Below are positions 9,153 through 18,333 of a stretch of 64,000 bases of DNA, piece by piece. The stretch lies in contig CAYTIA010000001.1 in NCBI GenBank assembly GCA_964437755.1, positions 45,658-109,657 of the forward strand, read 5' to 3'. Position 1 is the first letter of the stretch. Every line of letters begins with the position of its first letter. The notes beneath the pieces were generated by a model. It ran no database searches. It saw only the letters and a program-made list of their open reading frames with translations, and had not been told where the DNA came from. Made by a program: the position numbers and the translations under genes. Source of the stretch: an uncultured Pseudomonadales bacterium. GTDB taxonomy: Bacteria > Patescibacteriota > Microgenomatia > UBA1400 > PJMF01.

Positions 9153-10874
9153 TTATTTATTCGCATACTTTACTAAATCCTCAGCATAGAAAGGTCTGCC
9201 ATCATAACGACGCAAGCTATCATCCATCTTGATATCAGCTTGTTGTTTAATCCAGTTTTCTCCTTGACCATTAGCATTACCCTCAACCATCACTAGTTTT
9301 TTAGCCTGTTTAGCTAATTTTGTAAATGCTTCAACTGGAAAAGGATACATGCAAGGAAGATGGATAACGTTAATAGTTCCAGGTTTAGCTTGATGAATTG
9401 CCTCGATTAGAACGTTTACTGTTGAACCCCAGCCAACGAATGTTACATCAGCTTCTTTAGGACCAATTAGCTGTGGTTGTGGTATCTCAGCTAGAATCGC
9501 TTCCATTTTTTTGGCTCTCTTATCAACCGAGCTAGCAATCACATCACCTTCTTCAGTAGCAAAACCCCATGGATCATGTTCATAAGAGTTCGCCAAATGT
9601 AAGCCAAATTCTTGACCAGGGATACTTCTTGGGGAGATTCCATTTTTGGTATCTTTATATCTCAAGTAACTTTCATCTGCCGGCAAATCTTCTTTTTCAG
9701 CCATGCTTTGGCGTTCATTGTGATTTTGAGCAGTTGGAGCCTTCATGGTTTGATGAGACTCTAAAATGAATTTGTCCGAGGCAATTATAACCGGAAGCTG
9801 ATACTTTTCTGCCAGGTACATTGCTAATTTTCCAAGATCATAGTGTTCTTGAACTGTTCCTGGAGTTAACACAACTCTTGGGAAATCACCGTGACCGGCA
9901 GTCAAAATAAACTGAAGATCTGCCTGAGCTGTCCAGGTTGGAACACCGCTAGCAGGCCCAGTTCTTTGAGCTTCAAGAACTACTAAAGGAGCTTCTGCAG
10001 TACCAGCAAATGATAAAGCTTCAACCATCAGAGCAAAACCTCCGCCGGAACTTCCTGTCATGGCTCTAGCTCCAGCAATCGAAGCACCGACCGCTTCATT
10101 AATGGCTCCAATTTCATCTTCAACCTGTTTAACAACAATTGGTAACTGATGTTTGTGATCATTTAAAAAGTGAAGCAAGCCAGTGGCAGGAGTCATTGGG
10201 TAAGCACTATAAAACTGCAAACCTCCAGCCAAAGCTCCCATACCAATAGCCTCATTACCATTTAATAAAATCATGTCATCTTTTTGGGGAGTGACACTTA
10301 AAATTGGTTTTAACACTTTTTTGGCTTCTTCGTAGCCAAGATCTAAAGCCTTGAAATTTTTTTCAGTAACCTCTTTTTTCCCCTTAAACTCATCAGCAAT
10401 TACTGCCTTACAGATATCTAGATCAAGTCCCAAAAGATATGCTGACACACCTATTGAGGTGGTGTTGCTAGCTAAGGTTGTGCCAGTTGCTTCTTTTGCC
10501 CAACTTGATAATGGCATAGAAGTGATTTGTTTACCCCATTTATTTGTTGCTTCTTCTGGAACTTTTCCAAAATCAGAGTTAAAAATGATGACAGTTTTAT
10601 CAGTGATTTCATCTTGATGAATCTCGAAACAATCTTGAGTATAAGCAATTAAGACATCTAGATTCTTGGCCTGGCAAGTGGCATTCTCAAAATCAGCATA
10701 AACCTGCCCGGTTTGATGACCTCCTCGAATCAGAGAAGGATACTCTAGATAATTAAATGACTGCATTCCATGGCGCTTGGCTATTCTAGCCATTGTTTTA
10801 GCTGCTAGCATTACACCATGACCTGCTTCTCCGGCAATTTTCCAATTAAAAGAACCATTTTGTGGATTAGACAT
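9153..10874 (-). CDS. 2-oxoacid:ferredoxin oxidoreductase subunit alpha (fused gamma domain)
   Basis: GEAGHG, YPSLIRGGH, GNEA, YPMTP, EDEIGA, SGGGFALM, QRTGPASGVPT. Confidence 0.93.
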   Translation of the reverse strand: MSNPQNGSFNWKIAGEAGHGVMLAAKTMARIAKRHGMQSFNYLEYPSLIRGGHQTGQVYADFENATCQAKNLDVLIAYTQDCFEIHQDEITDKTVIIFNSDFGKVPEEATNKWGKQITSMPLSSWAKEATGTTLASNTTSIGVSAYLLGLDLDICKAVIADEFKGKKEVTEKNFKALDLGYEEAKKVLKPILSVTPQKDDMILLNGNEAIGMGALAGGLQFYSAYPMTPATGLLHFLNDHKHQLPIVVKQVEDEIGAINEAVGASIAGARAMTGSSGGGFALMVEALSFAGTAEAPLVVLEAQRTGPASGVPTWTAQADLQFILTAGHGDFPRVVLTPGTVQEHYDLGKLAMYLAEKYQLPVIIASDKFILESHQTMKAPTAQNHNERQSMAEKEDLPADESYLRYKDTKNGISPRSIPGQEFGLHLANSYEHDPWGFATEEGDVIASSVDKRAKKMEAILAEIPQPQLIGPKEADVTFVGWGSTVNVLIEAIHQAKPGTINVIHLPCMYPFPVEAFTKLAKQAKKLVMVEGNANGQGENWIKQQADIKMDDSLRRYDGRPFYAEDLVKYANK

Positions 10875-11000
10875 ATGAATTAGGAGTAGTTAATATATAA
10901 AAAACTAGCTGAACAACCGTAGTGTATAAAGAATTCAACAAGTAGTCAAATACGATTATAGTATTAATTACTAGATTTAGTTATTATCATATTTGTTATA

Positions 11001-11561
11001 ATGACAAAACTTAAAAAATGGAAGTTAATTTCTGCTGAGGACGTATCTCCAAATCCCTATTTTCCAATTGAAAAAAGAGGTTATCTAAAACCTGATGGTT
11101 CACTAGTTAAAGATTTTTATGTTGATAGATTGGCCAATCCAGCCCATGTAGTTGCTATCACCAAAAAAGATAAGGTTGTAATGATCAGAATGTATAAACA
11201 AGGGACAGATGAGTTAATGATTCAGTTTCCTGCAGGAAGATATGAACCTAAAAAACATCGAGATATTAAAGAAACAGCTAAACTAGAACTTGAAGAAGAA
11301 ACGGGAATCAATGTTTCGATAAATGATTTGGTATTTATCGGAAAAATTGCTGAAGGCACAACAAAGTCTACGGCTGTCGCCCATGCATTTATTGTTAAAG
11401 GTGTGGAGTTTAACTCTCAACAAAAACTGGATGATAATGAAGAAATCGAGGTCTTATTATTATCTAACGATGAGATTGATCAATACATTAAAGAGGGAAA
11501 AATCTGGGATGCTACCGCCATTTCTATTTGGCAATTAGCAAAACTAAGAGGAATGATATAA
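11001..11561 (+). CDS. NUDIX hydrolase (ADP-ribose pyrophosphatase-like)
   Basis: FPAG...AKLELEEETG Nudix box variant; LDDNEEIEV. Confidence 0.85.
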   Translation: MTKLKKWKLISAEDVSPNPYFPIEKRGYLKPDGSLVKDFYVDRLANPAHVVAITKKDKVVMIRMYKQGTDELMIQFPAGRYEPKKHRDIKETAKLELEEETGINVSINDLVFIGKIAEGTTKSTAVAHAFIVKGVEFNSQQKLDDNEEIEVLLLSNDEIDQYIKEGKIWDATAISIWQLAKLRGMI

Positions 11562-11608
11562 ATAGGGTTTGAAAGATTAATTTCAGTTTACTGGCGTTAG
11601 CTAAATAA

Positions 11609-12448
11609 ATGAAAAGAGTGGTAAAGTGTTCATTGTGTTTTTACTATTTTCTGATTATTTTTTTACTAAAATCAAAAGTACATGCAAAAGTACTGATCAA
11701 CGAGGTATTGCCTTATCCCGAGGATGGAATTGAGACAATTGAAATTGTATATGTTCCAGATAATTCTCAGGATCAGAGCATAAATCTTGAGGGATGGAGC
11801 ATTTGGGATGAGCTAGCCACATCTTCCTGTCTTTATGTTTTTGGAAAGGAAACATTGACAGTTGGAGAGTATGTAATTAAAACATTTTCCAATAAACTTA
11901 ATAATTCTGCCGATGGAATTATCATTAAAAACCTAGAGGGAGAAGTGCAAGATTCGTTCTCATATTCTTCATCAGAAAAAGGATTAAGCTATTCTCGATT
12001 AAACTTTATCAATAATGACTTTATTCTCACTGTGCCAACATTAGGAGAAGAAAACATATTTATTGGTCCATCGATCACAACAACACCAACGCCAACCATT
12101 ATCGATCAAGCTACTCAGGAGATTTCCTCAACACCTAACTCACAACAAGATCATGACTCTTCAAAAACAGTGAGGCAAGAAGATGATCAACTAAAAAATG
12201 TAAATACAAACATTAATTTTGATGAGCTTTATCAAGATCAAGCTAGGCTGATTGAGAAAATCTCTAAACTCAAAGATATTATTGAAAAAGATACAAGTGT
12301 TGAGCCTCATTATGCAAAAAAATCCAACAGAGATGACTTTGTCGCTACTCTAGAGTATGGAACAACCTTCATATCAAGTATCGGAGTGGTTAGTGTTATA
12401 ATCGGAGGACTGTTTTTTTTGATTGCCAGTAGACTCATTTATGAATAA
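11609..12448 (+). CDS. Surface protein with lamin-tail-like domain, Thr/Pro linker and C-terminal TM anchor
   Basis: Signal peptide (VHA|K), VLINEV..P...E.IE, INLEGWSIWD, LNNSAD, SYSR, PTLGEEN. Confidence 0.75.
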   Translation: MKRVVKCSLCFYYFLIIFLLKSKVHAKVLINEVLPYPEDGIETIEIVYVPDNSQDQSINLEGWSIWDELATSSCLYVFGKETLTVGEYVIKTFSNKLNNSADGIIIKNLEGEVQDSFSYSSSEKGLSYSRLNFINNDFILTVPTLGEENIFIGPSITTTPTPTIIDQATQEISSTPNSQQDHDSSKTVRQEDDQLKNVNTNINFDELYQDQARLIEKISKLKDIIEKDTSVEPHYAKKSNRDDFVATLEYGTTFISSIGVVSVIIGGLFFLIASRLIYE

Positions 12449-12815
12449 AAAAGCAATAATCAAATCTATTAAAGCCTTTGCTCCAGCAACTCTTTGGGCA
12501 ATAATTATTTATTTATTATCCTCTCAAGAAGTCTTGCCAGGATTTTCTTTATCTTTATCTGATTTCATTCTGAAAAAAAGTGCTCATATATTTGTTTTTG
12601 CAGTTTTATACCTTTTGTTATTAAAAGGATTTTCTAGTTTAGGACAAGCTCCAATTAGAGCATGGAAAAAAACTTTAATAATTTGTCTATGTTATGCCAT
12701 TCTTGATGAATTACATCAAACTTTTGTACCCGGACGTAGTGGCACCATTAGAGATGTAGGATTTGATTTCCTGGGAGCTAGCTTAGCATTTTTGAAAAAA
12801 TTTAAATATATCTAA
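12441..12815 (+). CDS. VanZ-like membrane protein
   Basis: WAIIIYLLSS, KKSAH, YAILDELHQTFVPGR, DVGFD; start moved to ATG 12441. Confidence 0.9.
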   Translation: MNKKAIIKSIKAFAPATLWAIIIYLLSSQEVLPGFSLSLSDFILKKSAHIFVFAVLYLLLLKGFSSLGQAPIRAWKKTLIICLCYAILDELHQTFVPGRSGTIRDVGFDFLGASLAFLKKFKYI

Positions 12816-12914
12816 ACAAATTTTTCCAGAATTGCATAAAAATTAACACTTGACTTGTTATATCAAACTAATACACTATTGAACACTAATATAAACTAAT
12901 AGAAAGGATAGAGC

Positions 12915-13190
12915 ATGACTAAATCAGATTTAGTCGACGTAGTAGCTAAGAAAGCCTTCCTCACAAAAAAGGCTGCTAAACAAGCAATTGACGCCTTGTT
13001 CGACGAAGTTTCAAGAGCACTTGAAAAAGGAGATAAAGTTGTTATTTCTGGGTTTGGAACCTTCTACATCAACAAAGTTGATGACAAAGAAGTAGTTCCT
13101 TTTGGCCAAGATAGTAAAAGACAAGTGGTTAAATCTCACAGAGTGGTTAATTTCCATGTAGGAAAACCTCTTAGAAATAAAGTTTGGTAA
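12915..13190 (+). CDS. hup: HU family DNA-binding protein
   Basis: MTKSDLV, GDKVVISGFGTF, GKPLR; AGAAAGGA RBS. Confidence 0.9.
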   Translation: MTKSDLVDVVAKKAFLTKKAAKQAIDALFDEVSRALEKGDKVVISGFGTFYINKVDDKEVVPFGQDSKRQVVKSHRVVNFHVGKPLRNKVW

Positions 13191-13212
13191 TTTCTCAAAT
13201 CTCTGTTCTTTT

Positions 13213-13240
13213 AAAAACCCGTCTGAAAGACGGGTTTTTT
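13213..13240. terminator. Bidirectional terminator (hup / rpsI)
   Basis: AAAAACCCGTCT-GAA-AGACGGGTTTTTT. Confidence 0.85.
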
Positions 13241-13265
13241 ATTTAAAATAAAAATATATAAGATC

Positions 13266-13769
13266 TTATCTCTTTGGAGACTGTCTCTTTCTTCTGGCTT
13301 TTCCACCCTTTCCTGGTTTTCTGGTTTCTTTCATACGAGCATCTCTTGTTAACAAACCAGCTTGCTTTAAAAAGATTTTAAATTCTGGATTAAACTTTTC
13401 AAGAGCTCTTGAAAGTCCATGAATTACCGCTTCAAGCTGAGAAGCTTTACCCGATCCAACTACCTTGGCCGTTACTGAAAACTGATCTGTCGTTTTTGTT
13501 AACTCGAAAGGTTCTAAATAGCGTTTCGAAGCCATTGGAATATCTGCGAAATAATCTGAAGCTAGGCTGTCGTTGATTATAAAATCTCCAGTTGCTTTAT
13601 AAATTCTTACTCTGGCAGTTGATACTTTTCTTCGTCCAATTCCCTCAACAAATTCCCCCTGAGGGTAATCTATTTTTTTAGCAGGCTTAAGTTTTACAGA
13701 ATCTATAGCTTTTTTATCTGAGCGTCTAGCTTGTCTAACAATATTTGTAATCTGTTTCTTGTGTTTCAT
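13266..13769 (-). CDS. rpsI: 30S ribosomal protein S9 (N-terminal extension)
   Basis: GRRK.STARV, LLTRDARMKETRKPG, C-terminal KR. Confidence 0.95.
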   Translation of the reverse strand: MKHKKQITNIVRQARRSDKKAIDSVKLKPAKKIDYPQGEFVEGIGRRKVSTARVRIYKATGDFIINDSLASDYFADIPMASKRYLEPFELTKTTDQFSVTAKVVGSGKASQLEAVIHGLSRALEKFNPEFKIFLKQAGLLTRDARMKETRKPGKGGKARRKRQSPKR

Positions 13770-13783
13770 AAAAGTATCTTGAG

Positions 13784-14206
13784 TTATTTTAGTTCATTCT
13801 GATATGGATGTTGAGCAAGAGGAAATATCTTTAGTCTTGCCATTCTATCTTTTCTTAATCTATTTTTTGGCAACATATTACCCACAGCACGCTGAATAAT
13901 TCTTTCAGGAGATCTCACTAGTAAGCGTTTAAACGAGATTTCTTTTAACCCACCCGGAAATCCTGTATGCCAGCGATAAATTTTAGTATTTTCTTTATTT
14001 CTGGTGACCTCAACTTTAGAAGCATTAATCAAAACAACATAATCTCCTCCATCAACATGAGGAGTGTATGTTGGTTTGTCTTTTCCAACCAAAAGTTTTG
14101 CAATTTCTGTAGCAGCTCTTCCAAGAACTTTTCCTTCAAGATCAATTAAGTGCCAATTTCTAGACACATCCTCCTTACGTTGCATGAATGTTGAATTATT
14201 TTTCAT
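13784..14206 (-). CDS. rplM: 50S ribosomal protein L13
   Basis: WHLID, LGRAAT, YTPHVDGGD, HTGFPGGLK, MLPKN. Confidence 0.97.
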   Translation of the reverse strand: MKNNSTFMQRKEDVSRNWHLIDLEGKVLGRAATEIAKLLVGKDKPTYTPHVDGGDYVVLINASKVEVTRNKENTKIYRWHTGFPGGLKEISFKRLLVRSPERIIQRAVGNMLPKNRLRKDRMARLKIFPLAQHPYQNELK

Positions 14207-14615
14207 TTTGTTTACCCTTAGCTTTTTGATCTGATTTACTGAAACTACCCAAGTTTGCTGGTTTGTTTACTAATGATAATTTACTCATTAAAGCACTATC
14301 TCCTCTGCGAGTACCAATAGTTTCAATTGTAGTAAAACCTGATTTTCTATCTCCAACTGCAGGAGCAATTACTTTAACTGCGGTGTTAACCACATCTCGT
14401 TTTCCAAAAAATTCATGAAGTTTTCTTTTTGAACTCAAACTATTTTCTTGAGCAAAAGGAATAAGTTTATCAGCCCATCTTTTGACTTCTTTTGCTTTAG
14501 CTTGAGTTGTTTCGATCTCTCCATGTTCAAATAAACTTCTAACCAAGTTCGTTAACATAGCTTTTCGATGATTGGTTGAACGATTAAAAATACTTGTTTT
14601 TACTCTGTGTCTCAT
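14196..14615 (-). CDS. rplQ: 50S ribosomal protein L17
   Basis: MRHR, HRKAM, IETTQAKAKE, RRGD. Confidence 0.95.
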   Translation of the reverse strand: MRHRVKTSIFNRSTNHRKAMLTNLVRSLFEHGEIETTQAKAKEVKRWADKLIPFAQENSLSSKRKLHEFFGKRDVVNTAVKVIAPAVGDRKSGFTTIETIGTRRGDSALMSKLSLVNKPANLGSFSKSDQKAKGKQNEK

Positions 14616-14633
14616 GTTATTTCCTTAAATCAG

Positions 14634-15581
14634 TTAGTTGGTGAGAGTTACTCCTTTTTTTTCTAATGCTTTTTCTACAATGCCAGCACTTTTTTCACCA
14701 ATATTTTTAACTTTTTCTATAACTCCCTTGTTTGATTTAGATAAATCTCCGACTGTCTTAAAACCACCCTTTCTTAAAGCGTTGGCTATTCTGGTAGGAA
14801 GATCTAGTTCCTCAACGGTCAATCTTAAAACTTCAGCCTCCTCAGGTGAAATTTCTTCGACTGGTTCCTCTTTTGGCATTTCCTGAGGATCAATTATTTG
14901 CGCAAACTGCCTAGATAATATTTTTGCAGCTTGTTCAATTGCCTCAAGAGGAGTAATAGTGCCATCAGTTTTTACATCTAATAACAACTTGTCATAATCG
15001 GTTCTTCTACCAACCCTAGTCGACTCAACTTTATATGAAACCGTCAAAACTGGAGAGAAAATACCATCAACCATTAACTCTCCAATCTCTTTGTCATTAA
15101 TAAGTCTTTCTCCAGCTTGATAACCAACTCCAGACTCTATCTTCATCTCAATGGAGAGCTTGATTTTACCAGTAACTGAAAATAAATATTGATCAGGATT
15201 AACAATTTCGTAACCGGCTTCACATTTTACATCGGCAGCAGTTACTTCTTTTGGACCCTCAACCTCTAATCTAGCAATTCCTGCCTCATTTCGATCAGCT
15301 CTAACTCTGATCATTTTTAGATTGAGCAAAATTTCCACCAAATCTTCTTTGATACCTTCAACGCTTGAGAATTGGTGATCAGCTCCCTCTATCTTTACTG
15401 AAGTAATGGCTGCTCCAGGTAATGAACTCAATAAAACTCTTCTTAAAGCATTTCCTAAAGTATGACCATAACCATTTTCCAATGGCTTGAAGATCAACAA
15501 TGAATGATCAGAAGCTTTTTTTTGCTCCTCAACCAAAAAGGTTGGGTTCATGAATGCATAGCTATTTAAATTTTGTGTCAT
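14634..15581 (-). CDS. rpoA: RNA polymerase alpha subunit
   Basis: PLENGYGHTLGNALRRVLLSS, RVGRRTDYD, alpha-CTD; start set at ATG 15581 behind AAGGAG. Confidence 0.96.
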   Translation of the reverse strand: MTQNLNSYAFMNPTFLVEEQKKASDHSLLIFKPLENGYGHTLGNALRRVLLSSLPGAAITSVKIEGADHQFSSVEGIKEDLVEILLNLKMIRVRADRNEAGIARLEVEGPKEVTAADVKCEAGYEIVNPDQYLFSVTGKIKLSIEMKIESGVGYQAGERLINDKEIGELMVDGIFSPVLTVSYKVESTRVGRRTDYDKLLLDVKTDGTITPLEAIEQAAKILSRQFAQIIDPQEMPKEEPVEEISPEEAEVLRLTVEELDLPTRIANALRKGGFKTVGDLSKSNKGVIEKVKNIGEKSAGIVEKALEKKGVTLTN

Positions 15582-15665
15582 GTTTTTCTCCTTGTTTCTC
15601 CTCCTTTTCACTTAAAAAGAGAAAAGAATCCGTTGCTTAGGATAATTTAATAAATTAATAATTTT

Positions 15666-16274
15666 TTATCGACTATAATACTCAACAATTAGCTGTTCTT
15701 CAATTTTTTCGGTAACATCAGTTCTCTGAGGATATCTTGATACTTTTGCTACATTATGTTTTCTTTCAAGCCACTCTGGAACAACATAGCTTTCATCAGA
15801 CATCACTTGGCTAACAGCAGGAATATTTAAAGAACCTTTCTTAATTTTAATCACATCGCCTTCCTTAACTAAATAAGAAGGAGCATTCATCTTTTTTTCA
15901 TTAACTTGAATGTGGTTATGACTTACCAACTGTCTAGCAGCTGCTCTAGTTGAAGCCCAGCCCAATCGATAAATCACATTGTCGAGACGACGTTCCAAGT
16001 TAATTAACAAAGCCTGACCAGTACTTTCTGAGCTACTCTTAGAAAGATCAAAAAGCTTTCTTAACTGTTTTTCCAAAATTCCATAAATGAATTTAACTCT
16101 TTGTTTAGCCTGAAGTTGAATACCATATTCAGATACTCTTCTGGTTCTTTTGTGTCCATGTTGTCCTGGACGAATATTAATTCTCTTGGCCGTTTTAAGA
16201 GCATTGGTTTTTAAACCAAGGTCTTCACCAATTCTTCTTTGCAATCTCTGTTTAGGTCCCGTATATCTTGCCAT
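15666..16274 (-). CDS. rpsD: 30S ribosomal protein S4
   Basis: MARYTGP, PGQHG, LERRLDN, LIVEYYSR. Confidence 0.97.
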   Translation of the reverse strand: MARYTGPKQRLQRRIGEDLGLKTNALKTAKRINIRPGQHGHKRTRRVSEYGIQLQAKQRVKFIYGILEKQLRKLFDLSKSSSESTGQALLINLERRLDNVIYRLGWASTRAAARQLVSHNHIQVNEKKMNAPSYLVKEGDVIKIKKGSLNIPAVSQVMSDESYVVPEWLERKHNVAKVSRYPQRTDVTEKIEEQLIVEYYSR

Positions 16275-16295
16275 ATTATTAACTAATCAAAATTA

Positions 16296-16679
16296 TTAAT
16301 TTCTCTGTTTTCTAGGTCTAGTACCATTGTGAGGTTCTGGTGTCATATCAGCAATCATGGTTACCTCTACACCTTTCCCCCTTAATACTCTTAAAGCTAC
16401 TTCTCTTCCTGGTCCAGGACCCTTAATAAAAACCTCAGCTTGACGCATGCCATAATCAACAGCCTTCCCTACAGCATTTTCAGCTGCTACAGTTGCTGCA
16501 TAAGAGGTTGATTTTCTAGAACCCTTAAAACCAGAACTTCCAGTTGAAGACCAGGCAATAACATTTCCGCCTGCATCTGTCACGCTAACAAGGGTATTGT
16601 TAAAAGTTGCAGTAACATAAATTCTTGCAGTGTTTACAACTTTTGTAGATTTCTTTTTTTTACTGCTGTATTTTGCCAT
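16296..16679 (-). CDS. rpsK: 30S ribosomal protein S11
   Basis: [26 protein letters not shown]. Confidence 0.97.
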   Translation of the reverse strand: MAKYSSKKKKSTKVVNTARIYVTATFNNTLVSVTDAGGNVIAWSSTGSSGFKGSRKSTSYAATVAAENAVGKAVDYGMRQAEVFIKGPGPGREVALRVLRGKGVEVTMIADMTPEPHNGTRPRKQRN

Positions 16680-16701
16680 TTATTATTTCCTTTTATCTAA
16701 T

Positions 16702-17109
16702 CTAGTTTGTTACTGTTTTAGCAGCCTCCAACTTTGTAGCTACCTCTTTACTCAAAGCGCCAACTGTTTTTCTCTTTCCTTTTCTAGTCCTGGCATTTAC
16801 TCTAGTTCGCTGACCTCGAACTGGAAGTCCCATCATATGTCTAATGCCTCTATAAGCTTTAATTCTCTTTAAGCGTGTAATGTTGTCATTAATTTGCCTA
16901 CGAAGATCTCCTTCAGTTATGATATCCTCGATAACTTTCTGAAGAGTATTGATCTCTTGACCATCCAAATCTTTGGCTCTTTTATTAGGATCAATCTTCA
17001 CTTTTTTTACAATTTTCTTTGCGGTTGAAAGACCAATTCCATAAATATAAGCCAATGAATATGGAACTTTCTTTTCACCTGGAATATCAATACCTGCTAC
17101 ACGTGGCAT
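16702..17109 (-). CDS. rpsM: 30S ribosomal protein S13
   Basis: YIYGIG, YRGIRH, LPVRGQRT.. NARTRKG. Confidence 0.97.
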   Translation of the reverse strand: MPRVAGIDIPGEKKVPYSLAYIYGIGLSTAKKIVKKVKIDPNKRAKDLDGQEINTLQKVIEDIITEGDLRRQINDNITRLKRIKAYRGIRHMMGLPVRGQRTRVNARTRKGKRKTVGALSKEVATKLEAAKTVTN

Positions 17110-17112
17110 AGT

Positions 17113-17226
17113 TTAACCTTGTCTTTGTTTATGTTTAGGATTTTCACAGATTACTCTGACTATCCCATTTCTTTTAATAATTTTACACTTTGGACATCTC
17201 TTGCCCACCGATGAACTGACTTTCAT
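17113..17226 (-). CDS. rpmJ: 50S ribosomal protein L36 (not in ORF track)
   Basis: Translated by hand: [37 protein letters not shown]; Zn-ribbon type; canonical position. Confidence 0.97.
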   Translation of the reverse strand: MKVSSSVGKRCPKCKIIKRNGIVRVICENPKHKQRQG

Positions 17227-17260
17227 GTTACTCTTTATTAGTTTAACTTAATGTAATAAT

Positions 17261-17593
17261 TTAAAAATCTTTAATAATTTCTTTCTTTGTCGAGCGATAA
17301 GTGATTTTGCACTTACCTAAATCATATTTAGAAACATAACCTTTTACAATATCCCCTGGCATAACCCTAATTCTGTAAAGACGCATTCTACCAGATAATG
17401 TCCCCAATAATGTTTTACCAACCAACTCTTTAACTTCACTGTCAGTGACAGTAATCTCAAACATGGTGTTGGGTAGGCACTTGTCTACCTCACCGTAGAT
17501 ATCAAACCTGTCCCCACGAGCCTTAGAATCAGAACCAGAATCATCCTGTCTTTTTTCTTTAGCTGCTCTTTTATGTTGTTGTACTTTTCCCAT
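17261..17593 (-). CDS. infA: Translation initiation factor IF-1 (extended)
   Basis: LPNTMF, LSGRMRLYRIRVMPGD.V, YDL..C.ITYR; position before rpmJ. Confidence 0.9.
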   Translation of the reverse strand: MGKVQQHKRAAKEKRQDDSGSDSKARGDRFDIYGEVDKCLPNTMFEITVTDSEVKELVGKTLLGTLSGRMRLYRIRVMPGDIVKGYVSKYDLGKCKITYRSTKKEIIKDF

Positions 17594-17691
17594 ATCTGCT
17601 TCCAGACTAAATCATCGAAACGGAAGCTATGATTATATCAAATCTCCAGGCTTTTTGCAAAAAATAACAAAAAACCCAAAAATAATTTCAG

Positions 17692-18246
17692 CTATTTGTT
17701 TAATTTGCCGTTAAAATCAACCTTTTCCAGTATTTCATTAAAAACACCATCCACTGACTGTTCCCCATCAACTTTTACCAGTTGTCCTTTTTTTTCATAA
17801 AAATCGAGAACGTCTGCCGTAACCTCATGAAATAAGGCTATTCTTTTTCTAATAGCCTTGAGAGACTCATCTTCTCTATCTTCTACACGTCCAGATATTC
17901 TCCAAAGTGCTTCTTTGTCTGATACATCAATTAGTACTAATTTTTCAGTTCCATCAGTAAATGCTTCAGCTTGACTAACAGTTCTTGGAAATCCGTCAAT
18001 AATAAAACCATTTGCATACTCCGGTTGTTGCAAATACTCCATCACTATCTCGATTGTCTTCTCATCAGGAACCAAAGCTCCAGCATTTAATGTTTCTTTT
18101 AACCACCTGCTAAGTGGAGATTTTCCTTTAGCCATTCCTCTAAATATATGGCCAGAAGATAAATAAGGAATTCCAAGTTTTTCAGAAAGCAACTGCCCTT
18201 GAGTAGATTTTCCGGCGCCCTGGATACCTATTAAAACTAATTTCAT
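17692..18246 (-). CDS. adk: Adenylate kinase (short, LID-less type)
   Basis: GIQGAGKSTQ, SSGHIFR, GALVPDE, IDGFPRT. Confidence 0.93.
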   Translation of the reverse strand: MKLVLIGIQGAGKSTQGQLLSEKLGIPYLSSGHIFRGMAKGKSPLSRWLKETLNAGALVPDEKTIEIVMEYLQQPEYANGFIIDGFPRTVSQAEAFTDGTEKLVLIDVSDKEALWRISGRVEDREDESLKAIRKRIALFHEVTADVLDFYEKKGQLVKVDGEQSVDGVFNEILEKVDFNGKLNK

Positions 18247-18333
18247 GTTTGATTGCTAATTTTTATAAACAGACAGTATAATTTAACTCACTTTGACTAT
18301 TATTTCAAGAGAGTTTGAATAATTGGTAAAAAT

